Origin: Octopus vulgaris
Taxonomy: Eukaryota
Length of the DNA stretch: 64,000 nt
Assembly: GCA_951406725.2 (NCBI GenBank)
Contig: OX597834.1
Location: forward strand, 22,382,001-22,446,000
Reading direction: 5' to 3'
Positions 49,260 to 60,497 of this stretch are shown one piece after another. The position numbers were made by a program, and so were the translations under genes. Under the pieces are notes generated by a model that searched no databases, had not been told where the DNA came from, and saw nothing but the letters and a program-made list of their open reading frames with translations. Positions within the stretch are counted from its first letter, which is position 1. The number at the start of each line of letters is the position of its first letter.

Positions 49260-50831
49260 GTCGTCATCATCATCGTATTAAGGCAGCAAGTTGGCAGAAT
49301 CATTAGCATGTTGGGTGAAATGCCTAGTGGTATTTCATTTGCCACTATGTTCTGAGTTCAAATTCTGCCGAGGTCAACTTTACCTTTCATCCTTTCGGGA
49401 TTGATTAAATAAGTACCAGTTGAGTACTGGGGTTGAGGTAACTGACTAGACCCATCCCCAAAAGCATATGGCCCTGTGCCTTTAGTAGAAAGCATTATTA
49501 TTATTATTATTATTAAGGTGATGAACTGGCAGAATCAGTAGCTCACCAGGTGAAATGCTTAGTGGTATTTTGTCTGTCTTCACACTCTGAGTTCAAATTC
49601 CGCCAAGGTCAGCTTTGCCTGTGATCCTTAAAATAATTCCCAGTTGAACACTGGAGTCAGTGTAGTTGATTTAGCCCCTCCCCTGCAATTGCTGGCCTTG
49701 AGCCAAAATTTGAAATTATTATTATTATTAGTAGTAGTAGTAGTAGTAGTAGTATTATGGTGGATGGTAGAATTTGTGAAAAGAGCAAAACCGAAAAAAG
49801 ACTTTGTGGTATATCAACACAAAGGGTCCTTTGGGGAAGAAAAAAAAAATCAAGAGATTATTGTACCACTGTCCATGTTTTTTAAATCATAAACTTCATT
49901 GGTGGGGTGGGGTTAATATAAAATGCATTTCTTTATCATCATCGTCATCATTTTAACGTCCACATTTCCATGCTTGCATGGGTCAGGTGGAGTTTATTCA
50001 AGCAGACATTCTATGGCTAAATGTCCTTCTTGACACCAACCCTAACCTGTTTCCAAGCAAAGTAAGGCTTCCACATGGCTGGACATGTTTTTGCAGAATA
50101 TTAGAAATTAATGACACTGCTTGTATAACAGTGACACTCATTTACAACTATCATGTGATGTCAAACACAAACATAGATTCACACTCAACCCACACATATA
50201 TATGTACAGCAGGCTTCTTTTAAGTTTCCATCTACTAAATCTACTCGCAAGGCTTTGGTTGACCTGAGGCTATAGTAGAAGACACTTGCCCAAGGTGCCA
50301 CACAGTGAGACTGAACCCGGAACTATGTGGTTGGGAAGCAGATTTCTTACCCACACAACTATGTCTGCCCCTCTTAAAAACATAAAATTAATGGTGAGTT
50401 TTAATTAGAATATAAATATTTGTTAAATAGGTGATACGATTTCACAGAATCAGGGATAATCAGAAACCGGTTGAAATGGAAAGATTTTTAATAATCAGAA
50501 CATTTTTGTTAATTACTCATTAACCTCAGACATTGACGTCATCCTTATAAATCTGTCCTGTTTGCCAGGAAGCTTATCATTTATCCTCTTCTTTCTTTTT
50601 CTCGTTTCTTCTATTATCTAGCTCTACGGTAGAAGGGCACCATGGGAAGACCCCGCAGAATGGGTGAATGAAACTTACCCATGGAATACTTCAGGTAATC
50701 ATGATGCGCCATCTTTGCAACGTCTGCGACCAGAAGATGTTGGCTATGACACTCAACCAGCGCCCCCCGACTCACCGAAATCAAAGTCTGAAAATAATAC
50801 AACCAATGACGGAATAGAGAGTGATGCTTTG
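16590..50831 (+). CDS. NAV2: Neuron navigator (NAV2/unc-53/sickie family) gene, partial: ten spliced exons encoding the C-terminal region and AAA+ ATPase domain
   Basis: Joined exons translate in one frame to ...[11 protein letters not shown]...[17 protein letters not shown]...IDPITNLGL...[11 protein letters not shown]...[28 protein letters not shown]...[17 protein letters not shown]...VIILDNLHH...[10 protein letters not shown]...[31 protein letters not shown]...[16 protein letters not shown]...[18 protein letters not shown]...[14 protein letters not shown]...LRPEDVG. This matches NAV1-3/UNC-53 as I recall them. Assignment to NAV2 specifically is nominal. Confidence 0.97.
16723..18110 (+). 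repeat. Tandem array of about 4.3 units (about 315-350 bp) of MITE family 2 plus a roughly 100-bp spacer
   Basis: TTAACCCTTT restarts at 16723, 17072, 17386, 17713 and 18032. Units 3 and 4 are near-identical. Confidence 0.85.
18165..18515 (+). repeat. Compound (CAT)n repeat with recurrent gccataca/atacatttt interruptions
   Basis: Visible directly. Source of the poly-H/S/I ORFs. Confidence 0.9.
20078..20167 (+). CDS. NAV2: NAV exon, phase 0-0: [30 protein letters not shown]
   Basis: Poly-T then ttgcag acceptor, donor AAG|gtaagg, 90 nt. Conserved [12 protein letters not shown] motif. Confidence 0.95.
21446..21539 (+). CDS. NAV2: NAV exon, phase 0-1: [31 protein letters not shown]
   Basis: Acceptor tttttgcacag, donor AAG|gtaatt, 94 nt. 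Conserved EY..DP..LGL...Y.IGEI.R. Confidence 0.95.
21909..22305 (+). repeat. 26-bp minisatellite, about 15 copies (cacactaaaagcacccatgccagtac)
   Basis: Direct head-to-tail periodicity of 26 with no unique spacers. Confidence 0.95.
26045..26119 (+). CDS. NAV2: NAV exon, phase 1-1: (D)[24 protein letters not shown]
   Basis: Acceptor ttttctgtttcag, donor AAG|gtaaac, 75 nt. Conserved PELLP.GYLVG. Confidence 0.95.
26387..27271 (-). mobile_element. Decayed maT/DD37D Tc1-mariner transposon
   Basis: Minus-strand translation [65 protein letters not shown]...[18 protein letters not shown]. 37 residues between the 2nd and 3rd Asp. TA-CAGGG terminus at 27271 and a degenerate TIR near 26390-26409. Confidence 0.85.
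27551..27722 (+). CDS. NAV2: NAV exon with Walker A (GPSGTGKT), phase 1-2
   Basis: Acceptor cttttactttcag, donor AAG|gtaaga, 172 nt. [56 protein letters not shown]. Confidence 0.97.
28108..28327. mobile_element. piggyBac-type MITE family 1 copy
   Basis: TTAA|CCCTTCAGCATTCAAACCGGCC...CACTAAAGGG|TTAA. Confidence 0.85.
28867..29082 (+). CDS. NAV2: NAV exon with Walker B (VIILDN), phase 2-2
   Basis: Acceptor tttttcttttag, donor GTG|gtgagt, 216 nt. [34 protein letters not shown]...[27 protein letters not shown]. Confidence 0.97.
29899..30070 (-). mobile_element. CR1-type LINE 3' fragment
   Basis: Minus strand [30 protein letters not shown], then a short 3' UTR ending in (TAAC)n. Confidence 0.75.
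30848..30919 (+). CDS. NAV2: NAV exon, phase 2-2: (C)[23 protein letters not shown](R)
   Basis: Acceptor atttctttgcag, donor CAG|gttagt, 72 nt. Sensor-1-like GTMN. Confidence 0.97.
31875..32071 (+). CDS. NAV2: NAV exon, phase 2-1: [23 protein letters not shown]...HSSSDVTI
   Basis: Acceptor aacattgcag, donor TTG|gtaaga, 197 nt. Confidence 0.97.
32430..32548 (+). CDS. NAV2: NAV exon, phase 1-0: (G)[39 protein letters not shown]
   Basis: Acceptor tttctattgtag, donor CAG|gtaatt, 119 nt. Confidence 0.97.
33045..33543. mobile_element. Mariner-derived non-autonomous element, about 86-bp TIRs, TA target site
   Basis: TA-CGAGAGTGAGTCAAAAAGTAATGCC...GGCATTACTTTTTGACTCACCCTCG-TA. Plus-strand fragments ITGDEKW and [39 protein letters not shown]. 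Minus-strand fragment [36 protein letters not shown]. Confidence 0.92.
35550..36410 (+). mobile_element. Head-to-tail cluster of SINE family B (gagctggcagaa...gagttcaaattc...ttgcctttcatcc, (ATT)n tail)
   Basis: Four to five consecutive copies. Other clusters at 1472-1960, 13445-13810, 41740-42665, 49280-49730 and 60875-61490. Singles at 16315, 19530, 37375, 43830 and 45715. Confidence 0.85.
36663..36790 (+). repeat. Long (CT)n microsatellite; another at 2755-2810
   Basis: Visible directly. Confidence 0.95.
37595..38180 (+). mobile_element. Two copies of SINE-like family C (ggcacgtaaaaagcacc...gttggcgttaggaagggcatccagc...ggacgttaaac(GAT)n)
   Basis: Same family at 25424-25730 (-), 33777-34022 (-), 47575-47725 (+), 58855-59157 (+) and 63824-64000 (+). 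Confidence 0.8.
38466..38716. mobile_element. hAT (Charlie-like) MITE inside a SINE
   Basis: Right end TTGAGAACCACTG (reverse complement CAGTGGTTCTCAA), degenerate left end gtgttttccaacc, internal ggggtcca motifs. Confidence 0.55.
40384..40789 (-). mobile_element. Full-length tRNA-headed SINE family A (internal microsatellite)
   Basis: Near-identical to 46503-46921 (+). Other copies at about 3263-3700 (+), 3722-3905 (-), 21615-21908 (-), 47285-47940 (+, interrupted), 50205-50370 (-), 60124-60460 (+). Confidence 0.85.
41289..41507. mobile_element. piggyBac-type MITE family 2, opposite orientation to the 16.7-18.1 kb array units
   Basis: TTAA|CTCTTTCATTAC...GTAACGAAAGGG|TTAA. Internal similarity to 16727-16940. 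Confidence 0.75.
42784..42807 (+). CDS. Candidate 24-nt NAV microexon (SRKLNDNE), phase 0-0
   Basis: ttgcttccaactgcctcctgttttttctcccag|TCACGTAAACTGAATGACAATGAG|gtaagt. Stop-free and frame-preserving in a phase-0 intron. Confidence 0.7.
43372..43790 (+). mobile_element. 5'-truncated R4/Dong-clade non-LTR retrotransposon 3' end within (TAA)n
   Basis: Frameshifted [10 protein letters not shown] / [21 protein letters not shown]...QIPGNP / [18 protein letters not shown], typical of the RLE-domain C-terminus. (TAA)n on both sides. Confidence 0.75.
46503..46921 (+). mobile_element. Full-length SINE family A
   Basis: tRNA-like head ggagtggctgtgtggtaag...ggttccgggttaagtccc, CORE-like cttgggcaag, (TA)n, tail atgactgaaacaagtaaaagag. 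Confidence 0.85.
50622..50831 (+). CDS. NAV2: NAV exon, phase 0-0: [21 protein letters not shown]...[12 protein letters not shown]...ESDAL
   Basis: Long pyrimidine tract plus ctag acceptor, donor TTG|gttggt, 210 nt. Follows an 18,073-nt intron. Confidence 0.95.
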
Positions 50832-51696
50832 GTTGGTATATTCTCTGTCTATCTATCCTTCTGTTTATCTGTCTGTCGATCTATCTATCTGTCTCTTTTT
50901 CTATTTATCTATCCATCTATTTGTCTGACTATCTATCCTGTCTTCTGTCTAGCATCTGTTTATCTATCTATCTACCTATTTGTCTGTCTATCTATATGTT
51001 TATCCACCTGTGTGTCAATCTATCTTCTGTCTGTCCAATTATCTATCTGTCTGTCCATCTATCTGTTTTCTCTTCGTCTGTCTTTTTCTTTCTGACTCTC
51101 TTCCTCCCCATCATTCTCTCTCTCTCTCTCTCTCTCTCTCCCCCCCTTATTTTTAAATGAAAAAAGAAATGTTCTTTTATTTTTGCATTGAAACAATGAC
51201 ACAAGAGACCATCTCGGGCTATTTCTAAACCATAAACATCGGTACTTATTGTGTCTGCATTAATGGTAAAATTATTAAAATTTATACAATTTAAATTCAC
51301 GTACTAACCTGAAACATGTCTAAAATAAAAACCTCAACAGTTTAAATTATTTGAAAGCCTTTTATCTGTGAAATTACAATTGATGTGATAACATTGTAAT
51401 GTTCTTCTTCAGTAAACATTACACATTTCAGAAATTATGATTCCATCTAATTATCTAAGATTATTTTATACAGTATAAGTAAATGTTTAATTTAGATTAT
51501 TTTAAAACAATAAGTTTGTCTCACAGGACCTGAAGCAGTCTCAAGCAGATTAGTATCAAAAGACTTAAGGCTGAACATTTATTTAAAAGTTTCATATTTA
51601 AATTAGAAGGGGAGAAAATGAAAAAAATTAATATGAATTTACAGAAGTCTATAGTGTCAGTCTAGCTGGAGTAATAAGGATTATTATCTTCATTAA

Positions 51697-52052
51697 CCCC
51701 TTACCCGGCAGAAACCGTTTTGATGCGTTTTGACCGAAATCGTTTTTTTCTATCTCTGGCGAGTTAACTCGTCAAAAGATAGACTCGCCAAAATCGACAG
51801 CAAACGGAAAATAAGATAACCAAATAAAATAACATGATTTTTTGTAAAAGTAATATGATTTATGAAAAAAATGGGTTAACACGTTTCTGCCCAAGCCAGT
51901 AATTTAAAATCAATATTATTGAATTAAAATTCATAATAAATAAGGTTTGAAATATACCTCGAAATCACCATTCAAAACATAGTGAAATAAAACAATTAAA
52001 AAATATGTCTGAAAAAATACATTTATTTTCAAAATAATTGTTGGGTAAGGGG
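51697..52052. mobile_element. piggyBac-type MITE family 3 (356 bp)
   Basis: TTAA|CCCCTTACCC...GGGTAAGGGG|TTAA, a perfect 10-bp TIR. Confidence 0.85.
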
Positions 52053-52626
52053 TTAAAGATTATCAGATTATGATTTAAAAAGAAAAAGATCAGAGATGCT
52101 GTGAAAATATATTTGACTCATAAAAAGAGAGGTGAACGACTCAAGGGAGGCAATTACCACAGAGCTAAAGCTGATAGTTTGTCATCTTTATATTGTATGT
52201 TAATGTGGTTAGAATGTGTTAAAATAAATATTTGGTAACACTGAGAATAGACCAAAGAAATATTACTTGTATGTAATTTGACAAATCCCACACATTCTTA
52301 TGTAATCCACAAAATGGAAGAAGTGTCATCAGTTTGTAACAATGGCAGTTGTGATGTATTTACTTGGGACTTGGACACAGCTTGTTATCTGCTTCACAAC
52401 TTGGAATTAAACTTTGTTATCTTTTCCACTTCTCAAGCTTTCATATGAATAGAATTTCATACATGCATACATATGTACATACTTACATTCATTGTATATT
52501 TATACATAAATTTGATACATACATTATAATATGTAAGGGGGAGTTTACGAAAAAAACAAAAGACGAAGACAGGTGGTGTACAAAACAAATAGATGTATTA
52601 GTATAACGCTCAGAAATAGAAAAAGT

Positions 52627-52662
52627 CTTTTACGTTTCGAGCCTACGCTCTTCTACGGAAAG
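52627..52662 (-). ncRNA. Degenerate hammerhead motif, relative of the 6690 element
   Basis: Minus strand: cttt-CCGTAGA-a-gagc(gtag)gctc-GAAA-cg-TA-aaag. Stems intact, core mutated. Confidence 0.5.
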
Positions 52663-52806
52663 GGACACAGACAAAACAAGGAGTGAAAAAAATATTATAT
52701 GTAACAACGTTAGAGTTGTAAAATATATTTTACTTAAGGTAAACATTATCGGATATAAAACTCAATACATTAGTTTGATTGGACAAATATGTTTATCATA
52801 CATATA

Positions 52807-52840
<34 letters not shown>

Positions 52841-54209
52841 TGAGATAGATAGGTACAAAAATGAGAACTGAGTCTCAATATGCCAAAGTAGAAGCATATA
52901 TATTTTATATTTTGTTATTCTTATTTATTGTGTGTGTGTGCCTAATTGTTTCAACTTTGAACCATAGCACCCACAATTAGGAGGGTGTGTTACAGTTCAG
53001 GGTCAGAACACCTGATAATCATTGGATGCCATCTGATAACATCAGTTCCTCCTGATCAATACTCCATTCACCAAAGTGAATGGAAAAGAAGCACCTTCTT
53101 CTAAGAGTTATCAATCACATACATTTACCTATTTGTTACAGTATTCTAATGGCATTCCTTTTTTTTCCTTCCTTTGATTGGGGTTTTTTCTCTCTGTTAT
53201 CTACATTTCATCTTGCCATTGCTCAGAACATTGTCTTAATTATATATCTAATGATGCAGTAATTCTGATTAGATGAAATGGTTCAGTTATTCTTGAGGCC
53301 CAAAATATTTCAAATATTTCCTTACTTAGCTAAAGTTGGCTGAAGATACAAAGAAGACTTTATTTTAAAAATTGTAAGTTTGGTAAAATGTTGACAGATT
53401 TATCAAATATTATTAAGAAAATTATAGAAATATAGCACACATGTTTCTTACAACTAAGTTTCTTAATGAAAGACAATAAGGGACTTTAGGAAACCCATTT
53501 CTAATTATTTTGTACAAATATCTAAGACATTGCTGCAAACAAAATGAAAATTTTGGTATTTAATTTTTTAATTAGAAATTCAGTCATTTCTCTAAAAAAA
53601 AATTATCTGAAATTTGTAATGTTTAAAAGGAAGAATATGTTTCACAGATTGGTCCTATATTTTCAGGTTTTTCATAATAACTCTTCAACAAGACATTTAA
53701 ACTTTATGTACCTTGCAAAGACTTTACTTACTACCTTCATCAACTCAACATCATCTCATACCCTTTTCTGTATTTTAAGCATTTTTTTTTTAAAGCAATT
53801 TACATTTCCACCATAATATCATTGCATTATTCACATTTTAATTTTGATCTTGATTTTTAAATCCTATATTCTTATTTTAGATCATTTTTAAATTGCTGCC
53901 GACGCCAAAACCACATTTTCTTTAGACATACCGAAATATAGTCTGGCTCTTACCTTACTTCATTAAACCTTATCTTGGTTTCTTTTTTTTTTTTTTACTC
54001 CTCTACCCCCCCCCACTCCCGTCCTTGGATAAACTAAATATCCATTACAGTTATTTATGTCTCTCAAAAACAGTCATGTCTCGCTTGTAACATATATCTC
54101 CGCTTCTAAAACTATTTTCATGAAGTACCCAGAAACTTAAAACCTTGGTTGGGTTTCTTTATCTTTTTCATTACATCCATTACCTTTTCTCTCTCTTTTC
54201 CATCTCCCT

Positions 54210-54575
54210 CTCACCTATCTATCTATCTTTCTATCTGTCTGTCTATCTGGTCTGTCACACTGCCTATTTGTCTATATCTATCTGTCTATCTATCTGTCTG
54301 TCTATCTATCTATCTGTCTGTCTGTCTATCTGTCTGTCTGTCTGTCTATCTGTCTATCTATCTATCTATCTGTCTGTCTATCTGTCTGTCTATCTGTCTG
54401 TCTGTCTATCTATCTGTCTGTCCGTCTTGTCTGTCGCTCTACCTATTTATCTATCTCTCTATCTAATCTGTCACTCTATCTGTCTGTATCTGTCTGTCCA
54501 TCTTCCAGTCTCTCTCGCTATTGATCTATGTAATCTATCTATATCTATCTATCTATCAATTTATCTCTCTATCTA
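54210..54575 (+). repeat. Compound (CTAT/CTGT)n tetranucleotide repeat; another at 50845-51080
   Basis: Visible directly. Confidence 0.9.
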
Positions 54576-54949
54576 CTTACCTTACTTTGTTTTGTTTCCT
54601 TTTCAAGGTAATTCTTTGGAATTGAGATTTTGCTGTCTAATAATTGACTAGGTGTGACTTCACACCTTTTTACAATGCATTCATGTCATAAGAATCAACA
54701 GCCACACCTTACGGCACGTGTCTGTTGTAAGAAAGTATGATTTGTACATATATGTGTCTGAGTGAGAAAAAAATGTTTCAAACTATAGATAAATTCTTCA
54801 TACATTCTCAAGCCATTCCCCTTCTCTCTCGGTCTTTCCCCTACCTACCTACAATAATACATACACACATGTCTATGTCAGTATAATAGAATTAGGAAAT
54901 CCTTGTTGCATTAGTGTATATTTGAAGAAAATGAATGACTTTTCTAGGA

Positions 54950-55205
54950 ATTCTGTTGTGTCTGAGGAGAGTCATTCTTTTTTAGTACCTTATAATGTAA
55001 CACACTCACCGGTAAAATTTCCAGTTATTTCTTATTTTTATTTTCTAAAATTTTCGTTGCATCTTGCAACCTTTTCAATAGTCTTGTCTCTTTACCGGTG
55101 AGTGTGTTACATTATAAGGCACTAAAAGAGAATGACTCTCTCCAGACACAACAGAATATGCTTCAACACACAAACTCATATAAAGAATCTTGCAAACCAA
55201 ATCCA
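54950..55205. mobile_element. Inverted partial repeat pair (about 67-bp arms) with a hammerhead in the loop, Penelope pLTR-like
   Basis: 54950-55017 is the near-perfect reverse complement of 55091-55157. Related sequence at 14700-14815 and 62330-62530. Confidence 0.7.
55045..55081 (-). ncRNA. Hammerhead motif, U3-A8 core variant
   Basis: Minus strand: cta-TTGAAAA-g-gttgca(aga)tgcaac-GAAA-at-TT-tag. Palindromic stem III AATT. Confidence 0.55.
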
Positions 55206-58149
55206 AAAACAAAATTATTTTCTACTTAAATAATTAAATATTCGCAAATTATGTTGTTTAGTAAATGATACAATTTGTAAACATCTAATTATTAAAGGGA
55301 AAAATATTTACCAGAAAAGTCATTTTATTCATTTCTTTCAAATATTACACACACACACACATACATATAACAAAACAAGAAGTCGAGAAATTTTTTAGTA
55401 TTCTTTATTCACCATTTCACATGTTTCATTTCCTAATAGGGATTCCAAGGTTTTACTTGGATTTTACCCTACCTACCTATATATATATATATATATACAT
55501 ACACACACACATTTCCTCTCTCGCTTTTTTTCCTGCTAACAATTTTACCTATGTTGGCCCAGATTAGGCAGTCCTTTTATCAAAAACATCCAAATTGTGA
55601 CCATCCCACCTTATTTTTTGGTGGTGGGTTATCTTTCTAACACTATATCATATATGTGTCTCTCTCTCTCTCTCTCTCTTTCTCCATGTGCCATGTCTAC
55701 CAGCATCGGCAATCTTGGACTTGTATGCCAAAGTTTAAAGATTCAAGATTTTTCATGGAAAAGATACAGCAGTGATTTTCCATTGCCTTTTGCTAGTTTA
55801 CAGTTTATTCTGCTTGTCCCCTGCTCTCCTAAGCTTACCTTTGAGACACAGAGCCTATTAAACTCTTAGCTAGAATTGGTTCATGTGAAAGCAGGGCATG
55901 TTCACACAAACTGGATGGCCTGAGTCACACTAATGATACCATAAGAATAGTAGTGAACACCCAGAGTTGTGTGCAGAGGCAGGATGCTTGTGTAGGGTTA
56001 GCCGTGAATGGTCGATGTAACATTGAGGTTATGGTCTATGAAGCAGCAGTAGTGTTGTCAAAAACAGCAACAACAAAGAAGGGACACACGAAAATGTGTT
56101 GGAGCAACACAGAGCCCTTTTAAAGCTAGGCTAAATAATCATGAGTACTCTTTGAGAATCTAAGAGACACAATGTTACAACATTAGCCACGTATATATGG
56201 TGGGTAAAAGAGGAAAGTACACCATACAAAATTGACTGGTAACTGCTTGAACAACCTGGGCCATAGTTGAACAGGTGTTGCAAGTTTTGCTTGGTCTAAG
56301 GGAGAAAAATTCTAAGAATTTCACCCAATGGAAGTACTTTCTTAAACTCAAAAATCAAAGTATTTAGTTGCTGCCTTCATAATAAAAAATTAATTCACAT
56401 AATACCATGGGAGGCAACTCTTCTTTTTCTTCCAAGAAAATGCTTTCAGTTTCCATCTGTGAAATCCACTCAAAAAGGCTTTGGTCAGCCTGAGACTATG
56501 CTAGAAGACACTTGCCCAAGGTGCCATGCAATGGGACTGAAATCAGAACCATGTAGTTGGGAAACAAATTGCTAACCACCCAACCATGCTTGCACTGATT
56601 GTATATATTTCCTAGCTGCTTTGTTAATCATTTGCTTCACAACCCTGAAATTAAAACAAAAGAGGGATTAAAATTTTACTTCCATCTCCTACATTTCCCA
56701 AGGGATCACACATCTAAGTTCCAACTCGGTTCAACATTGCTTAACATTAGTGATCAGACGAGAGCCCATGTTTTCAACGTGATATGACTGTAACCCCGAT
56801 TGATTGACCAAATGATTTATCAAACGGATGAGTTAATTAATTGGTTAAATGGTTAATTAGTTCATTAATAATTACAAATCTTTTTTTTCAATTGCTGTCT
56901 TACATCCAGAATCAGTTTAAATTCATGAAAATTGTCTTTGTCAAGGTGGTCCAAATTTGGTTTTTATTCTAGAGGAACACATACACACATGCTGGTTATA
57001 TGAAATTTCACCATAACCATTTTTGCCATCGGAAAATTCACCTTAAGAAATTCCATTTTAAATGACCTCACCACATTTTTTTTTTAATGTTTGACATTAA
57101 ATAAAGGCTTTTTATAAAACATTTTATAATTTTTTTTTTTTAATTCTAAAATAAGCTTATATAATATGTTTTATCATTATCCATATAGCAAATTTTCCTA
57201 TACAGTGAAATTTCTTACACTGAATTTTCCAGACACAACACATATTCACATACACATATCTTTATATATATATTATTATATATTTTGATGACTGTTTGTT
57301 TTTAATTAATCGTATACTAATCATATACTGTCTCCCATCGTACAGGAAATGAATCAATATTTAAGCTGGAAGGCAGGTCCAAACCAATGTTTGACGTCGA
57401 ACATAAATATTTGCTGAAATTCCCCCCTTATCCATGAAATCATGTAAGTTTTAACCATTGACCCCACAACCTCCTTTCTCTCCTCCCCCTGTCTCTTCCT
57501 CATGTCTTCTCGTACATACTCTTCTCCCCTCTTCCATCACAGTTCTCTTCATATTTCCTCCTATTTATATATACACATTTATTTATGTATGTGTGTGTAT
57601 GTATATATATATATATATTTATACACACATTACATATATACAAGCATACATATTGTATTTACTTGTGTATAAGTCACAGTATTTTACTATTTTAAACTTG
57701 ATTTTAACTGAAAATTCAGGGTTCAACTTATACATGAGTAAATACGTGTGTGTATGTATCTATATATATGTGTGTATATATATATATATATGTGTGTGTG
57801 TGCGTGTGTATATATATATATATTTAACTACCTTGCTTGGCAACAGGTGGGGGTTGGCGTCAGGAAGGGCATCCGGCCGTAGAAAACTTGCCACACACAT
57901 AGCACTGCGTATATGTGCATATATATGTATATATACACACACACACATACATGCCTCTTTCTACCTTCTCAAAATAATGACCTCTGTTCCAATCATATTT
58001 TTATTTAAATTTAATTATTCATTATAATTTATTTCAATTGTGACGTTAATTAATCAGTTCTTTCTGTTCGTTATTTTAAATGTGTTTATTTCTTATTTAT
58101 TTTGCTAATTCTACTCAACTTCTTTTTGAACCTTTTCTCTTACTATTGC

Positions 58150-58216
<67 letters not shown>

Positions 58217-60497
58217 TCTTCTAAGGCATACAAAACTTCTAATTCATAACTTCTTTTCACCAACTAACTTAGTCTTATCTTCCAATAATAATTAGCATGG
58301 TTAACCAATTTACCAAAGAAGAAAATTTTCTTAATTTTTTTAGCGTAAATTTCTTCGCTCTGTAAGAAATATCAGATAATTTTGAATAACCAAAAGTTAT
58401 AGGCACATGTGTGGAGATAGAGAGAGAGAGATTAGGTTTTAGGAATTTTATCATTAACAACACATTCTGCAGACGTTATTGATTGAACATTTCTGTGAGT
58501 TTTTGGTTTGGTAAGGATATGGTCTTTTTGAGAGAATTTTTTAGAGTAATCTAATAAACTGGCTGTAAATAATGAGAAATTTAACATTTCGAGGTCATTC
58601 TCTGTGTCTGAGAGTGTGGAAGGGTAAAGAAAATGGTATTGATACTTCAAATATTAGATTTTTTGCATTTCATGGCATTTAAATTTGAAGAACTAGGAAC
58701 ACATTTTTCAGATTGTCGCCAGGTTTCTAGGATATCAGATTTTATGACTGCTCCCTATGTCCTTCCTTCTTGTAAGTTTTAGGACTTCAAACATGTGGTC
58801 ACCATATTAAAATCAAATAATGAATTTGTCAAAAGATTTTTCTTTTTCATTGAACACGTAAAAAGCACCATCCGATCGTGGCCGTTTGCCAGCCTCGTCT
58901 GCCCCCGTGCCAGTGGCACGTAAAAAGCACCATCCAATCATGGCCGTTTGCCAGCCTCGTCTGGCACCTGTGCAGGTGGCACGTAAAAGGCACTCACTAC
59001 ACTCACGGAGTGGTTGGCGTTAGGAAGAGCATCCAGCTGTAGAAACACTGCTAGATCAGGCTGGGCCTGGCGCAGCCTACTGGCTTCCCAGACCCCAGTT
59101 GAACTGTCCAACCCATGCTAGCATGGAAAACGGACGTTAAACGATGATGATGATGACTTCAAGTGACTCCTATAGAATCTTCTTGATGTTGTGTATCATT
59201 TCCTTATATGTTGAGAGCCACAGCATCCTTACAATGAGCACCAATTTTGTAGACATTTCATTTCACATCAGTAATAAAAACTGCCTATGTGTATGTATCT
59301 CTCATTTTCTCATCCTTCGGCACTCCCCTCAGCTAAGGGATTTTGCCTTGTGAATACCTGGTGACTTCACTAATACTGGTGCTATACAAAAAAAGTACCC
59401 AGTACACTGTGTAAAGTGGTTGGTATTAAGAAAGGTATCCAGTCGTAGAAACCATGCCAAAACAGACATTTCAGCTCAATGGAACCATGTAAGTGGTCAG
59501 AATGTTACCATTGGTTTCACACCGAATATTGCCATTAGACAATATTGATGACTTTACAGACATACTGGCCAGAGGTTCATGGCCTCTTTTATGTTAGGAA
59601 TAGGCTTAGTGGTGGCAAAAAGTGAAACAAAGCATTAAAAAATATTACTTTTTCAAAGGTAAAAAAGAAGGTTATGCCCCATGGATTGGTGTTAGTCATG
59701 GACAAAGCATTTGTAAGCTTCATGTGTGTTTCCTGATGCAAAGCCAAATATGACCATATTATTTTGGTGATGTCCGTCAAATAAAGTCTATCATTTCCTG
59801 TCCTTGAGCTAGCACAGCTACTTAAGAACTGGATAAAATGCCTTGTCTTAGAAATTTTCTAGACTCTGAGTTCTATTTTTCACCAAGGTCATCTTTGCCT
59901 CTCATCCTTTTAGTGTCGATAAAATACAAGTCAAGTGCTAAAGTCCTCAAAATTGCCGGTCTTGTTCCCAAATCAGAAACCATTATTTACCCTTTTGGTT
60001 AAATATTCTACCTGCTTTATGTTCAAACTGGCCAGATCTGACCCTTCACACCTACCCTACAATGTCATTGTAAAAACAAACAATCACATTATCAATATCT
60101 CAAAGTTACAAGATAATGCATGACTGCGTGGCACCTTGGGCAAGTGTCTTCTACTATAGCCTCGGGCCGACCAAAGCCTTGTGAGTGGATTTGGTAGACA
60201 GAAACTGAAAGAAGCCCATCGTATATATATATATATATATATATATATGCGTGTGTGTGTCTGTGATTGTCCCCCTAGCATTGCTTGACAACCGATGCTG
60301 GTGTGTTTATGTCCCCGTTACTTAGCAGTTCAGCATAAGAGACCGATAGAATAAGTACTGGGCTTACAAAAGAATAAGTCCCGGGGTCGAGTTGCTCGAT
60401 TAAAGGCGATGCTCCAGCATGGCCGTAGTCAAATGACTGAAACAACTAAAAAGAGTAATATAGAACAAAGTGAACAAATAAGCATTGCATTTGACAG

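Noticed and set aside
56910-56945. 36-nt in-frame cassette candidate (NQFKFMKIVFVK)
   Set aside because: The donor AAG|gtggtc is poor and there is no other support.
54145-58027. Longest ORFs in the track (168 aa and 189 aa)
   Set aside because: Products of stop-poor CTAT/CTGT and TA/TG repeats plus SINE sequence.
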